From: Macrostomum hystrix
Lineage: Eukaryota > Animalia > Platyhelminthes
DNA: 64,000 bases
Assembly (NCBI GenBank): GCA_950097015.1
Contig: CATNEN010000002.1
Location: forward strand, 2,790,001 to 2,854,000
Direction of reading: 5' to 3'
Part shown: positions 48,501 to 62,153 of the stretch, piece after piece
Layout of the letters: every line of letters starts with the position of its first letter
Position numbering within the stretch: the first letter of the stretch is position 1
Notes under the pieces: model-generated
Seen by the model: the letters and a program-made list of their open reading frames with translations, nothing else
Told to the model about the DNA's origin: nothing
Databases searched by the model: none
Program-made: the position numbers and the translations under genes

Positions 48501-51500
48501 GTGCTGCATGGGCAAAGCCGATTCATTTAGCCAAGCCATGCAGCAGATAGCGCGCCCATACTGCAAAGGGGTTTGCGTGCAACAGGTTTTTTGGCTAAAT
48601 GTGCAGTCACTCAGTCCTTCAGTATTTCGTGCTGTAGGGTTTGTCTTGGGAAATAGAAACGCATGCGATCAAGGGTCCTATGGCAGGCATTCTTGAGTCA
48701 GTCTGTCTCTTCTTCTTTCATGATTTTTTTCTTTGCAAATCCCCTTTGCTTAGCTCATGGGATCTGCCAGCGACGATCGTGACCCCTACTCTCGGCGGCA
48801 CGAACTCGTTTCTTTGTGTGGGCGTGGCCGGAGAGGATCAGAGAGCGAGGGGAGGGAGAGGGGAGCAATGGGAAGCAGAAGACATTGGAGCACGTGGGTG
48901 GCGGCGGCGGATTGAGCAGGATCGTGAGAACACTCTGCGCTTCGCGTTCCTATCCACCCGCCAAGCCTCCGAGAGTTGACTTACCTGTCTGAGCACTGAT
49001 AGGCGAATAGTTTCCCATTTTTTCTCTTCCCCGACCTAGCAGCTCAGCTGCGCATCAGAGTGCAGCCGAGTTGCTGAGCTGAGCGGGCCATAGTTACAGC
49101 GGCCCACGCGAGCGGATCGCACTGGTTGAACCCGGCGCATCAACCCTTATTATAGATGGGGCGAGCTGAGGATGAGGCTGCAGAGATCGGGTGGCAGATG
49201 AAATGGTGGAAATAGGAGACGTTGGGAGGTCGCGCCGAGGCACACTGATCAGAGGATCTCAACCCGGTCCTTTTGGAAATCATAAAAAAGCAGAACAATA
49301 TTTAATTGTCTGATCTGATCAGAATCAGAATCCTGAAAATGCATATTAAAAAAAGATCCCAGGAATCCAGCAAAATATTTTTATCTGATCTTGATTTTAG
49401 TACATGTCAACAAATCCAAAACATAAGAGTTTCAACATTAGGATTTTAGTAACTAAAGGGGTGTTGAGACGAATTGTCATATTCTCAATCAATGAAGATT
49501 GACAGTGCAAGAATGATTTAGCAGCATGACATGTGAGTGGAAATCACCTGAAATAATTCACCTTTTTACATGCTTCAGTTAAACAAAGTCAACATTGAGA
49601 ATGAGGACCAATATCTTGCAGCATTTGAGTGGCAGCAATGGGAATTCTTGCTGAAGCCAAACACTTCAGAAATAAATTTATCAGCATCACATGACCCAAG
49701 TTCCTCACTGTAGAATTTTCTCACATTGGTCACATTATTTAGATTAGTAAATTACTTAAGAAGAACTACAGCACGGTATAATGTAAAATGGACTGATCCA
49801 ATGCAAAGGAGACAAAGCTAAGAAAGGGAGATAGTATCTCATTCTTTACGGACAAGTTTCTGCATGCACAAACTAACAAACTAGCGCGAGAACACCCTGA
49901 GCACACAGTCTGCATTCAGCTTGAGAAGAGGCCTCAATTAGGTTTTGTTGGGTCCCAAGGCTCCATCTCCGAGGTTGCGCTCAAACAAAGGAGGGGATAA
50001 TCAAGAATTCACAATAAAAAGCCAATCTGTTAATTCTTAATGCCCTCAGTAGTTATTGTGTAATGCAGAGTAGAGTGTATTGCAGGCCGCAGGAGCAACA
50101 TCAAAGCTTTGAAAAAATACTGTTTAAGCCAGAGAGAAGGCATGTTAGTAAAAAACCGAAGCACTTACTAGTTACTACAGTTGCAATTTGCATAGCTACA
50201 TACATACGCAGTTTGTCTTAGAAAACTAGGGATTTCTAGTTCTTTTTTCGCTTTCCTTTTCTTTCTTTGAATTTCCCGCCTAATGCATTCTCCCTTGTCC
50301 ATTGCTTTCTTCCTGCTCCTCTGGTCTCAACTTTCCCTCTTGCGGTCGTGGATCGGTTGGGAGGACACACTTGGCGACTGCGAGTTGCAAAGGCGAGACT
50401 GAGACGGTGCAGCAGAGCAGGGGAGCGGGGAGCGGGCCAGGGAGAAGAAACGCAAACAAACAGAAGGAATATGAGCCATACGCGACCGCTTCAAGCCATA
50501 TTCCCCCCCACCCTGCGCCAAACAGTCCACAAACCACACGCAGTACAGTGCCGGGCTGCCATGCAAAGTTTACCAAGCCTAAAAAAATGGAATAGAATAG
50601 AAGTTAGAAAGAAGGCACTCAAGAGTCTTAAAAGCGTCTAGTCTGGGCGCAATACGCCTTTCTAAAAATGTACGAGAGAGACAGAACTCAGCGCTCACAG
50701 CCAGAGGGTATAGGAGTATTAACAGGGGGCTCAGAGCTTTACTTGGCTTGGGAAAGGAAATTCTGAGTTCAAAAAAAGATTAGAGGGGAGACTATCGCAC
50801 TTCTTTTCTCTTTGCACCAACTGTGCCCAATAAAATTCATTTGGACTGAATGTACATTCCTCTATCAGACTGGACTGGGGTGGGGCTCGCCAACCCTCCC
50901 CTGTCTCGTCTGTCAGACGAGTGGGTTTCGGGTGCGTGGGCTGGGGAGGGTTGAAGCCAGACCCAACTTCAGCCACCCCAACCGCCTTACCCAACCATCC
51001 TACTCCGCGGGTGTACGGAAGCCAACCCGATAATACGGAAAATAAGCCCCCCCGCAGTGTACTCTGTCACCCCATCCTTCACTCCTTACCCTCGCCACCT
51101 CCTTCTGCAGATCGTTCCGCCAGGGGGTGGGCCCCCGTCACATGATTTGTTTGAACCTGGATGAACCTCTAAAGGGCCTTGCGTCGCTTCTTCCCTCCTC
51201 TGCCCCCGTTCTGCCCTCGTCCGTCACTAAAATGTGGTAAATATTACTAATGCAAGCTTTTTTTGTCTACGCATATGATTAAACTTGTTTTCCAAGCCCT
51301 GTGGACCAAATAAACTCTGTCCTAAAGTGCACCCTAATGCGTTTGGTGTTTGCTGAAGTAATGTTAGCAGAGGTCGCCCTCTGGCTACCATTGCGTGTGT
51401 AATTGGGTTAGAAATAATATGGCGAAATAATATGGCAAACTGCGCGGACAAGATCCAGTCAGCAGCAGGTCGTTTGGCCTGCCCAGTGCTGATTTTATTA

Positions 51501-53978
51501 AGTCCTGGCATTAGGTAGTAGCTCGTATTAAGAGACCTGGAAATCTCAGGGCCCCAAAGGACGCCGGAAAGGCGCCAGCCGCCATAACCTGCCCAGCTAG
51601 TAATAAACAGGTTTTCTGCCCTGCACCACCTGTAGTCTGTTTTAAAACTGTTTAGCATATGAACTCTTAGCATGTTTATGCTTACTGAATTACTAATTCA
51701 GTCAGTAAAGGGCGCTGCCCCATAGTCCAGACTCCAGACCCCAGACTGCCAGATCATTTATTTCTTCGTTCTTTAAATCTCGCATTTCTAATCTTACCCA
51801 CCAGTCTCGTATGCTAGCTTAGGGCCCATAACTTAGCTATCGATTACTCGTTGGTGCTAAACCAGCGATGGAAAACTCTTTGCCATTCATTCATAGCGAA
51901 TACTGTACTGTATGTGAAGTGCAAACAGCTCATAAGAAAACTGCTCATGACACAAGCGCACTCCGCAAACAATATTGCAACTCAAACTCATTTCTACTTG
52001 AGTAAGCAACTGTTAGGACTGACATAGAAGCTTTTCATATGCTTTCATAGACGTATATTACTCGTAGGCATATAACTTGAGCCCTTAAAACTAATGAAGT
52101 GACTAATTTAATTTTCGCCAAAGATTTCTTTCCGTTTTGCTAACAAAAGAGCAGAGATAAGTAATCTCCATGGCTGTACAACTGACAGCTCATGCATGTA
52201 GAAAATTGAGCTGATGTAAACACTTTACATTGCAGTAACTGTACTGTACTATATGCTATATAAAACTCAATTATATGCTTCATCGGTCCACTATTGTCAA
52301 AGGAATCTAAATGTTTAACACAACACTGTTAGTTGCATTTGTGGTGGTTGGTTTATCATTTCCTGCCACTTGCAGAGACAAAACCTCTAATTCTAAATTT
52401 AGACGAGCTGTCTATTTGAAATTCACAAACGGGTTTCACAGTTGATGCGGTTCAGGTTAGGGTTAGACCATTGTTGTCTTGTCTAGCTTTAACAAGTCTA
52501 GTTTACTTTAATAAATTAAGTTTAAATGCGTTTAATTAGTTGCATGGATAATCCGCGTTTGGAATTTCCTAAAAATAATATACAATCACGACGTATTAAC
52601 GACGTTGTCGAACTACTTGTAGATTCGTGTTTTAAAGCCGGTACATTCAAAATAATTTAAAGAAAAACTAATTTACATCCGAGTCAAGAAACATTTTAAC
52701 AAAACGAAGCATTTTTGTTTCGGTAAATTAGAGAACTGCATGGAGCTTCGTAAAATTTAAATTTGACCTAATTCTAGCCTTTTTAATAGACGATCACGCT
52801 AAACTTAATCTCTCTAAAGGTCAGAAATCAAATCAAAACAAAAGGTTTCTAGCGATGTCCTGAGAGCAATGAAACTTTTGCTCCTAAAATAAGTTTAGAT
52901 TCTTAAGAAAATGCGTGTAATACCAGTGTGGCAGTAATGGCAGTAGAATGAGTAGATGGATAATTTCCGTTGTCTTTTTGAAGAACTGTATCAAATTAAT
53001 ACTCGTTTGAGTTTTTTAGTTTTAACTTCGTAACTTCTTGGCCATGGCGAAATGCAAGTACTGGGCGATCTCGAGAAGCAGTTTCTGTCACCCCAATTTA
53101 ATAGCAAATGTTTCTCAATTTTTGGACTCCAACGTTTGAAAAGCATAGGTGACACAGCATTCTGCCATTATCGGGGGCCAGATAAGCTGCTCGCTGAGCA
53201 AAGCACTTCGCGCTCCTGTCCCGCCCTGAAGTCAGGCTCATCGGCACGCCAGGGCAAGGAACACTGTCAATTGATTTTCTAGTGCACGGTAGTGGAGTTC
53301 AGCACGACACTCAGCAAAGTGGGTTTTTTCTTGTGGAGTGTCTTGAAAACTGTTTGCGCCGCCAACTTCAAATTAGCGCCGCTGCAAAGCGCGCAGATGC
53401 CGCAGTTGGCCAAAGCGCACAATTAATCAAATATCCCACTTTTCCCATTTTTCCGCCAAATTGTGGCGCCCAAGCTCGACCTCGTCTCTCGCTGCCTCTC
53501 GGCTAAACTTTTCCCCTTTCGCTGTCCAATTTTGTCTTCCATATCTTAACGCCAGTCTGCAAGCTTTTCAATGGAATCTCGATTGCTTCTAGATAGCTAT
53601 CCCTGCGTCTTGATTAATCTCCCACATCTATATTTAATCTCCCTGCATCTAGACTAATCGTCCTACATCTATTACAATTTCCCAACATCTCGATGTTTCT
53701 GCCATGAACTTTTTGGCCTGAAGTACATGCAATTATTTTTTCCAACCTTTTCAGAAATTTTGCAGCCTGGAATTATCTGGCTGTTTTGGCAGAATGCGCT
53801 GCAGTGTCCATTTTTGAAAGTCGTATAAACAATGTCTGGAAATGCAATAGGCTAAGATTGCATAGGCTAAACCGAGGCACTTTTTTCTTCAAGAAAGTAG
53901 TCTGCGGTAGAAGCTACAGCAGGTACACTAGCAGCAATAGTGGCAGAACCAGTACATCATGCTAGCAAGCAGATTTAT

Positions 53979-54305
53979 GGTTTACTCCCGATTCGCCGAA
54001 TCCCGATTCGCCGAAATTCCTAACTCGCCGAATCCCGATTCGCCGAAATTCCTAACTCGCCGAATTCCCGATTCGCCCATTCCCGATTCGCCGAATCCCG
54101 ATTCGCCGAAATTCCTGACTCGAATCCCGGCGAATCGGGATTCGGCGAATCGGGATTCGGCGAATCGGGGATTTCGGTGAATCGGGATTCGGCGAATCAG
54201 GAATTTCGGCGAATTGGGATTCGACGAATCAGGAATTTCGGTGAATCGGGATTCGGCGAGGCAGGAATTTCGGCGAATCGGGATTCGGCGAATCGGAAGT
54301 AAACC
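53979..54305. mobile_element. Non-autonomous foldback-type DNA transposon (MITE), 327 bp, with a 9-bp TSD
   Basis: TIRs GGTTTACT(C/T)CCGATTCGCCGAA. Each arm is built of tandem ~15-bp cccgattcgccgaat units, inverted at ~54126. Flanked by CAGATTTAT at 53970-53978 and 54306-54314. Confidence 0.88.
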
Positions 54306-54799
54306 CAGATTTATATTTCAAGTCATGATTTACGAGTAGATGCTTCACGGGAAATGCCACGCAGACTTGTACTTTAAGGTTTATATAAAACTGGCTTGTT
54401 AGCTTTCGCAGAAGCAAGCACATAAGAGCAGATACAACCTGTGTGAGAGTGTTTGTGAAATCGGACTTAAGTTGATGCAAAATTACCTTCCAAGATACCA
54501 AGATACATAGATATTTTTACGCAATATAAATGCCGTTCTGTACCTTTGAAAACATCTCATGTTCCTTTCTGAGTCTAATAAAATGTTAGATTACGAGCGT
54601 ACCAACCCTTTACGCTGTGTCACGAGCAGATAAGACAATACTTCAAGTGTGAGTCCAGCAGAATGTGAGCTTCCTAATCTAATCCTTCCCGTTCAGTCAA
54701 TGTGACTTGTGGAACAGCCCTTCTTCTGGTGGTATAGGAAACGACCTTACTAGTCCTACTGAAATGGGACACGCAAATGTTCTTTAGCATTGAGGAATT

Positions 54800-55345
54800 G
54801 TCTTCACATATTTCTTTTGGACATGAGAAATGCTCTTCACATATTTCTTTTGGACATGAGAAATGATGTTCACATATGTCTTTGGACATGAGAAATGATC
54901 TTCACATATTTCTTTTGGACATGAGAAATGATGTTCACATATTTCTACGGACATGAGAAATGATCTTCACATATTTCTTTTGGACATGAGAAATGCTCTT
55001 CACATATTTCTACGGACTTGAGAAATGATGTTCACATATGTCTTTGGACATGAGAAATGATGTTCACATATTTCTTTTGGACATGAGAAATGATCTTTAC
55101 ATATTTCTTTTGGACATGAGAAAAGATCTTCACATATGTCTTTGGACATGAGAAATGCTCTTGACATATTTCTTTTGGACATGAGAAATGCTCTTCACAT
55201 ATTTCTACGGACATGAGAAATGATCTTCACATATTTCTTTTGGACATGAGAAATGCTCTTCACATATTTCTACGGACTTGAGAAATGATGTTCACATATG
55301 TCTTTGGACATGAGAATGCTCTTCACTTATTTTTATGGACATGAG
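54800..55345. repeat. Minisatellite, ~33 bp (cacatatttcttttggacatgagaaatgatctt)
   Basis: About 16 tandem units. Confidence 0.92.
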
Positions 55346-57104
55346 ACTGAGAGGGAGGTAAATAGAGTGTCTCATTAGCAGTTTTTTATGGCCTAACTGA
55401 AAATATAATTAAAATCAGCCTTTTGTACCATGCACACTCTCGTCAGTATATTGCGCGGCTTTACAGCAAAATTTACGAGCATTGCAACTCATTTTTTTCT
55501 GCCAGCTACTGTCTGTGTGCGCAGCCATATTGCACAGGCCATATATTAAGCATTCGAACAGCAGTTTAGCTGCTGTCGGCTAACTTCAAAGAAAAAGTTC
55601 GGATAAGCGATTCTGCTGCCTTTTTCAGAGGCTTATCGTGATGAATTAATAGTCTACACAGCAAAGTTTTTAGAGTCAGGGCTAATTACTAATAGCTAGG
55701 CCTACTAATTAATTACTGGAAGTCAGCAAAATGTAAATTAGTAAAGCTTGAAGAGGAGAATTCGGTAACTCGGTAATTTTTACAAGTCGAGTTAGATATT
55801 TGGAGAATTCTTGATTTCAGGAACACAAAGATTTTGCAAATTTTAGCGTTTTGAGAATTCGAAAAAATATTAATTTCATTGAATCCATAATTAAATTATA
55901 ACCAGATAATAAATAATTAGGATAATTGAGGTAAGTGGGCTTGCCTCACAATTTTGGAAGTTCTTACAATTAAGTATACGCCGCGTTAAAGAATATTCCT
56001 GCAGACAATTGCTGGCCTTAAAAAGCACCTGCGATGTTTGATTAATGCGTTCTTTTTTTATTATTAATGGCCACTCAAACAGCTGCACAGACAATAATTA
56101 CCGAATTTTTTTGAACAGCACGAACACATTAGTTTGCAGCACATACCAAGTTGGTCTGTGGTTTGCAGCCTGTAGGCTCTACTTTTTGGCTGCGAGTTCG
56201 TGAAGCAGACAATAGACATGGCGCCGAGAGAACAGTAGCTAGGCTGCTTAGAAGGCAGTTTAGTACTATATACCTTTAATTGCAGTCGCGTCTGTATAGT
56301 CGGTGGTCGCTAAAATAAAGTTTTTATGCTTAAATTTTCGCATTTAAAAGGCTGCCCACAACAAGTGTCGGCGGTTGCTAATTAATTATGCTATATTACT
56401 TATCCAACTACATGCCAAATATGGCTATTTGTGTGTCCTAGTCGATCTGGCTGACACAAAACCATTCACAGAATGTCAGACTCATGATTCTGGATAAGCC
56501 CGTTAAATATTATTTTGCTTTTGCTCTTTAGAATTGCCAGCATTATTACCGGCTTGAAATTGCTTTCTCGCATCCTGTCTCGACATCTGCACCTGTGCCC
56601 TGCAGTCTACTCGGAGCCCAAGACAAATTTGTTAGAATATTGTGATGCTACAACAACTGCTTGAATTGTCGCGCTATAGGAGCCTCAGAGACAGCAATTT
56701 TTGTTTTCACGGTTTAAAAAGAATTGCTCAGGCAGAATAACCGCGCCTGTAGCTGCATATGGGCTTCGTGCATTATCTTATTTAGTAGCTAGAAAAACAT
56801 ATTTTCTGTCTACCAGACAAATGTTTATCTTGCACAGGAATAGGTCCGACGCCAATTAAGCCGAAAGAAATTTAGTTGACAGCTTGTTTAACTTGATGTG
56901 CGGAATATTGAAATTTATGCATATTTAAAAGTTTTTAGTGCACTCTCGTTGCAAAATAGTCGATTTCAAAACTTCCAATCTATGATGATAGCTCCATGAT
57001 ATAAATAATTCGTATCAAACCAAATACTTAAACAAATAACCTACATTATACTTAATATTGATAAATGGCATTATCTTTTGCATAAAAAAACAATAGAAAA
57101 CTAA

Positions 57105-57245
57105 ACTGAACAATGGAAAAAATCGTCTTAGTGGCAAATCCGTTGTGGAAATTGACTTGAAACTGTCGATCAAATATATACTGAACAATGGAAAAAATCG
57201 TCTTAGTGGCAAATCCGTTGTGGAAATTGACTTGAAACTGTCGAT
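57105..57245. repeat. Two tandem copies of a ~66-bp unit (actgaacaatggaaaaaatcgtcttagtggc...aaactgtcgat)
   Basis: Direct repeat at ~57105 and ~57180. Confidence 0.85.
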
Positions 57246-58426
57246 AAAAATACATTTCGCACTTGTGCCTACTTTCAGTAGAATTTGAAGTGAAAAAGTA
57301 AAAAAATATATCTAATTTAGTTGTTGGTCAACATTCTCTTTATAATTCAAGCCAAGGCGAAATGCAAAGCGTATAGAATATTTAGCAAGCCTGTAATATC
57401 TTGTGTTTCGTTTTTTTGCAGTTTTTTGCAGATTCATTTTTGCAGATTTGGATTTTTGTTTTGACAAGGTAAAGTTTATGCGAAAATACAATATGATTCG
57501 TTATTCATTTTTCGTGTCGCACAATTCAAATATATATTGCTTTCTTCGAAAAGCTTGGTCTGCATTCCAAATTAGACCATGCTACTGTTGTCAGTTTTAT
57601 GATTATGAAGCTCTAAAGCTCGGAGATAGAAAATATATGGATCGGTTTAATATATAACTAGTTATTTCTTAAATTGGTAATGCCAGCCATCATACACAAG
57701 GCATCTCAGCCAAATAAAATAATGGCTTTGTAGACTTAGTTAAATAAACAATTTGTGTCTGTAATTAGTCTTTTGAAATTACCAATGAAAGCAAAAAAGA
57801 AACACTAATTAGGACTGAATATTGTATTGTTTTTTACTAATCTAGCTCTTTGCTAATGGTTGCTTGAGAACATAGGTTTCTTATCCATGGTTTATTTCAT
57901 TAAAATTGCTATCTAGCTACTATTGATCTTTGTTATATTTTTATAATATTGGCTAATATTTTATAGCCAGGTACTAATCTATGCAAAAATCTAAAAACTC
58001 AGTGGTAGCATTCAAGAAATTAGTTCAAACTAAAACAAAAATCTAACATAAAAGAAAATCAAATTCAGAATCAGATTCATTTGAATTTTAGAAAGTTAAC
58101 ATTGTGACAAGAAAAATTATTTCACCATGATGTTAGATATTTTTAACTTAATGAATCAGGCTAACTAAAATGACCTAAGGCTGAAAAGTTAAAAGTAGCT
58201 GTTTTATTAAATATATAGATAAATGTTGATTGCAAACTTATGAAATAGGGCAAATGCCCAGTTAGGTCTACTCTTGATAACAAATGTTTAACTATTATAA
58301 GATTAATTTTTACTAATCTATTTAATGTTCCTTACAGGAATTGGGAAGAGACCAAAAAAAATGAAGAGTAAACTGTAATAATAATTAAGAAGTTATAAGT
58401 TGAAAATTTTCATTGTGGATGCAACT

Positions 58427-61400
58427 ATGGCAAGCATTTCACAACAGTTGTTTAAATCGGCTAGCCAGCTTAATCTGAGCAGGTAGGAAAAATTTCTGGT
58501 TTGAGATTGAAAGTTTTTCTATGAAGCAGGTATAAATCTAGAGAACAAAAAAAAGAAGAAGGCATTAAAGAAACTTAAAGTTTCTTACTTCATTTTTTCC
58601 TAAAAGTTTGAAGTTAGCATAAGTTAGATAAATATTGGGAACAATCACAAGATTAACAGGATCACTGGGTCAGAAATCCCCCCCAAACGCATATACTCAG
58701 GTATAAAAACCCGCGAGCAAAGTCTGGCCAAGCCTATGTACCCACCAGCCAAGAGCATGTGGCCAACATTCTGTCCCATGGCCTCATGGTCCCTGCCTCA
58801 GTCTACAAGCTCTACAGCATGACTTCAAGGTCGGCGGATTACCGGCAGCTTGCCATAGCCAGGGTCTATGGCCTGGCAACACTGGGCCTATTCTCCGTCT
58901 CGTCTGTCTTTCACATCCTGTCCTTCTGGGGCCGCTTCAGGCAAGCTGCTGAATTTTTAATTCAATCAATTCTGATATCCTCCTAACCTGTCTCTAATCT
59001 GTCTTCTTCTCTTAAAGACCTAACAAAAAGTTATTCACATCTTACGTTTTTTAGAGCACTAAAAGAGATATTTCACAGGGGAGATCGGGTGTTTATCTAC
59101 CTGTTTATCGCCGCCAGCTATACACCTTGGTGAGGATGTGTAGTAAATTTTTGCAATTTGTTTGTTACGTGATCTCAGTTTCCAGTTTTAGATCATATCT
59201 TCCAGTTTTGGGATCACAACTTCCAGTTTTGGGATCACAACTTCCAGTTTTGGGATCACAACTTCCAGTTTTGGGATCACATCTTCCAGTTTTAGGATCA
59301 CAACTTCCAGTTTTGGGATCACAACTTCCAGTTTTGGGATCACAACTTCCAGTTTTGGGATCACAACTTCCAGTTTAGGGATCACAACTTCCAGTTTTGG
59401 GATCACAACTTCCAGTTTTGGGATCACATCTTCCAGTCTTGGGATCACAACTTCCAGTTTTGGAATCACAACTTTCAGTTTTGGGATCACAACTTTCAGT
59501 TTTGGGATTACAACTTCCAGTTTTAGGATCACAACTTCCAGTTTTGGGAAAGGTGTTAAATTCGGAATAAATAATTTATCATTCACCGTTTCGAAAAAAT
59601 TCCAGGCTGGTTCTTCGAGACTACGAATCCGACTATGGTCTCAAGTGTCTCTACGCTGTGTGGCCTGCAGCTGTGTTTGGCATCGCTTACCAACTCATCT
59701 TTCACGAGAAGTGAGATTTGCGAATCGTGTTCTTAGGCTTTGGGCTTACAGTCACTTCTCATATAGACATTTTCCGTCACTCTTCCACCATCTGAAGTCA
59801 CTCTCTCCTCGTCTCTTTCACCCCCGTCACTCTCTCCTCGTCTCTTTCACCCCGTCACTCTCTCCTCGTCTCTTTCACCCCCGTCACTCTCTCCTCGTCT
59901 CTTTCACCCCCGTCACTCTCTACTCGTCTCTTTCACCCCCGTCACTCTCTCCCCGTCACTCTCTCTCTACATCACTCTCTCCCCGTCACTCTCTCCCCGT
60001 CACTCTCTCCCCGTCACTCTCTCCCCGTCACTCTCTCCACGTCACTCTCTCTCTACATCACTCTCTCCCCGTCACTCTCTCCCCGTCACTCTCTCCCCGT
60101 CACTCTCTCCACGTCACTCTCTCCACGTCACTCTCTCCCCGTCACTCTCTCCACGTCACTCTCTCCCCGTCACTCTCTCCCCGTCACTCTCTCCCCGTCA
60201 CTCTCTCCACGTCACTCTCTCCACGTCACTCTCTCCCCGTCACTCTCTCCACGTCACTCTCTCCCCGTCACTCTCTCCCCGTCACTCTCTCCCCGTCACT
60301 CTCTCCCCGTCACTCTCTCCCCGTCACTCTCTCCACGTCACTCTCTCCACGTCACTCTCTCCACGTCACTCTCTCCCCGTCACTCTCTCCACGTCACTCT
60401 CTCCACGTCACTCTCTCTCTACATCACTCTCTCCCCGTCACTCTCTCCCCGTCACTCTCTCCCCGTCACTCTCTCCACGTCACTCTCTCCACGTCACTCT
60501 CTCCACGTCACTCTCTCCCCGTCACTCTCTCCCCGTCACTCTCTCCCCGTCACACTCTCCCCGTCACTCTCTCCCCGTCACTCTCTCCCCGTCACTCTCT
60601 CCCCGTCACTCTCTCCCCGTCACTCTCTCCCCGTCACTCTCTCCACGTCACTCTCACCCCGTCACTCTCTCCCCGTCACTCTCTCCCCGTCACTCTCTCC
60701 CCGTCACTCTCTCCACGTCACTGTCTCCCATAAGATAAGTATCTTTTGAAAAAAATTATATATATTCAAAAAAATTAGAAAAATATATATGAATGTGATT
60801 TCGCACCGCAGATACAAGTGGCTCGAGGTTCTGCTCTACGTTTCGGTTGGTGCTTTTCCTGCTCTGGTGGCGCTGAAAATGGTAAATCTTTTTTAAATAC
60901 TGTTTAACACGAGAGGGGATTCTCTTAGAAAGGGGATTTCTCTCAGAATGGGGATTTCTCTCAGAATGGGGATTTCTTTTAAAATGGGAATTCTCTTAGA
61001 ATGGATATTCTCTTAGAATGGGAATTCTCTTAGAATGGGGATTCTCCTAGAATGGGGATTCTCCTAGAATGGGGATTCTCTTAGAATGGGAATTTTCTTA
61101 GAATGGGAATTCTCTTAGAATGGGAATTCTCTTAGAATGGGAATTCTCTTAGAATGGGAATTCTCTTAGAATGGGGATTTCTCTCAGAATGGGGATTTCT
61201 TTTAGAATGGGAATTCTCTTAGAATAGGAATTCTCTTAGGATGGGAATTCTCTTAGAATAGGAATTCTCTTAGAATGGATATTCTCTTAGAATGGGAATT
61301 CTCTTAGAATGGGGATTCTCCTAGAATGGGGATTCTCTTAGAATGGGAATTTTCTTAGAATGGGAATTCTCTTAGAATGGGAATTCTCTTAGAATGGGAA

Positions 61401-62153
61401 TTCTCTTAGAATGGGAATTCTCTTAGAATGGGGATTCTCTTAGAATGGGAATTCTCTTAGAATGGGGATTCTCTTAGAATGGGAATTCTCTTAGAATGGG
61501 AATTCTCTTAGAATGGGAATTCTCTTAGAATGGGAATTCTCTTAGAATGGGAATTCTCTTAGAATGGGAATTCTCTTAGAATGGGAATTCTCTTAGAATG
61601 GGAATTCTCTTAGAATGGGAATTCTCTTAGAATGGGAATTCTCTTAGAATGGGGATTCTCTTAGAATGGGAATTCTCTTAGAATGGGAATTCTCTTAGAA
61701 TGGGAAATTTATTAGAATGGGGATTCTCTTAAAATCGGGTTGGAGCTTTACAGAAGTAGTAATTTTTATGCATAGTAATTTTCTTTTAGTGTGAATTTTT
61801 TTAAATTAGAAATTTTGCAAATGGGAGTTTTGCAAGAATTGGAATTTTTGGCATGGGTGTTGCATAGGAATTGTAGTTGGATTTCTCCCATTTGGGATTT
61901 CACGGATACAGTTTGCTCTATTTACTCTCAGAAAAATCCCAACGGCCTGGGAGAAATGATGACGGGCGGTGCGGCCTACATGTGCGGCGTGGTGTTTTTC
62001 AAGCTGGACGGTGTCGTGCCATTTGCGCATGCAATTTGGCACCTGTTTGTTGTTGTCGGCGCCGTTGTGCAGTACAATGCCGTGTCCACTCACCTGGTTG
62101 GAGTTCAGCAGCGAGCACCTGTTGACGGCTTCGGCTTGGAATCGGAGCTGTAG
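58427..62153 (+). CDS. MMD: Monocyte-to-macrophage differentiation factor (PAQR10/11, hemolysin-III family) 7TM protein, ~255 aa, 6 exons
   Basis: Exons 58427-58482, 58701-58940, 59055-59129, 59606-59710, 60812-60881 and 61932-62153 (768 nt, in phase). PAQR motifs EHVANILSH, SSVFH, HRGDRVFIYLFIAASYTPW and VVFFKLDGVVPFAHAIWHLFV. Intron 2 is GC-AG. The first exon is less certain. Confidence 0.92.
59188..59550. repeat. Intronic minisatellite, 21 bp (ttccagttttgggatcacaac)
   Basis: Tandem units in MMD intron 3. Confidence 0.95.
59790..60728. repeat. Intronic minisatellite, 14 bp (cactctctccccgt)
   Basis: Tandem pyrimidine-rich units in MMD intron 4. Confidence 0.95.
60910..61732. repeat. Intronic minisatellite, 17 bp (gaatgggaattctctta)
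   Basis: Tandem units in MMD intron 5. Confidence 0.95.

Noticed and set aside
52455-52470. ggttagggttag telomere-like motif
   Set aside because: Only about two units; expected by chance.
54755-55380. Possible TIRs (aatgggacac / gtgtctcatt) around the 33-bp array
   Set aside because: The match is short and imperfect and no TSD was found.
59645-60733. 362-aa ORF
   Set aside because: It consists of a 14-bp array and is out of frame with the true MMD exon it overlaps.
60910-61732. NF-kB-like GGGAATTCTC sites in the 17-bp array
   Set aside because: They deviate from the GGGRNWYYCC consensus and have no other support.
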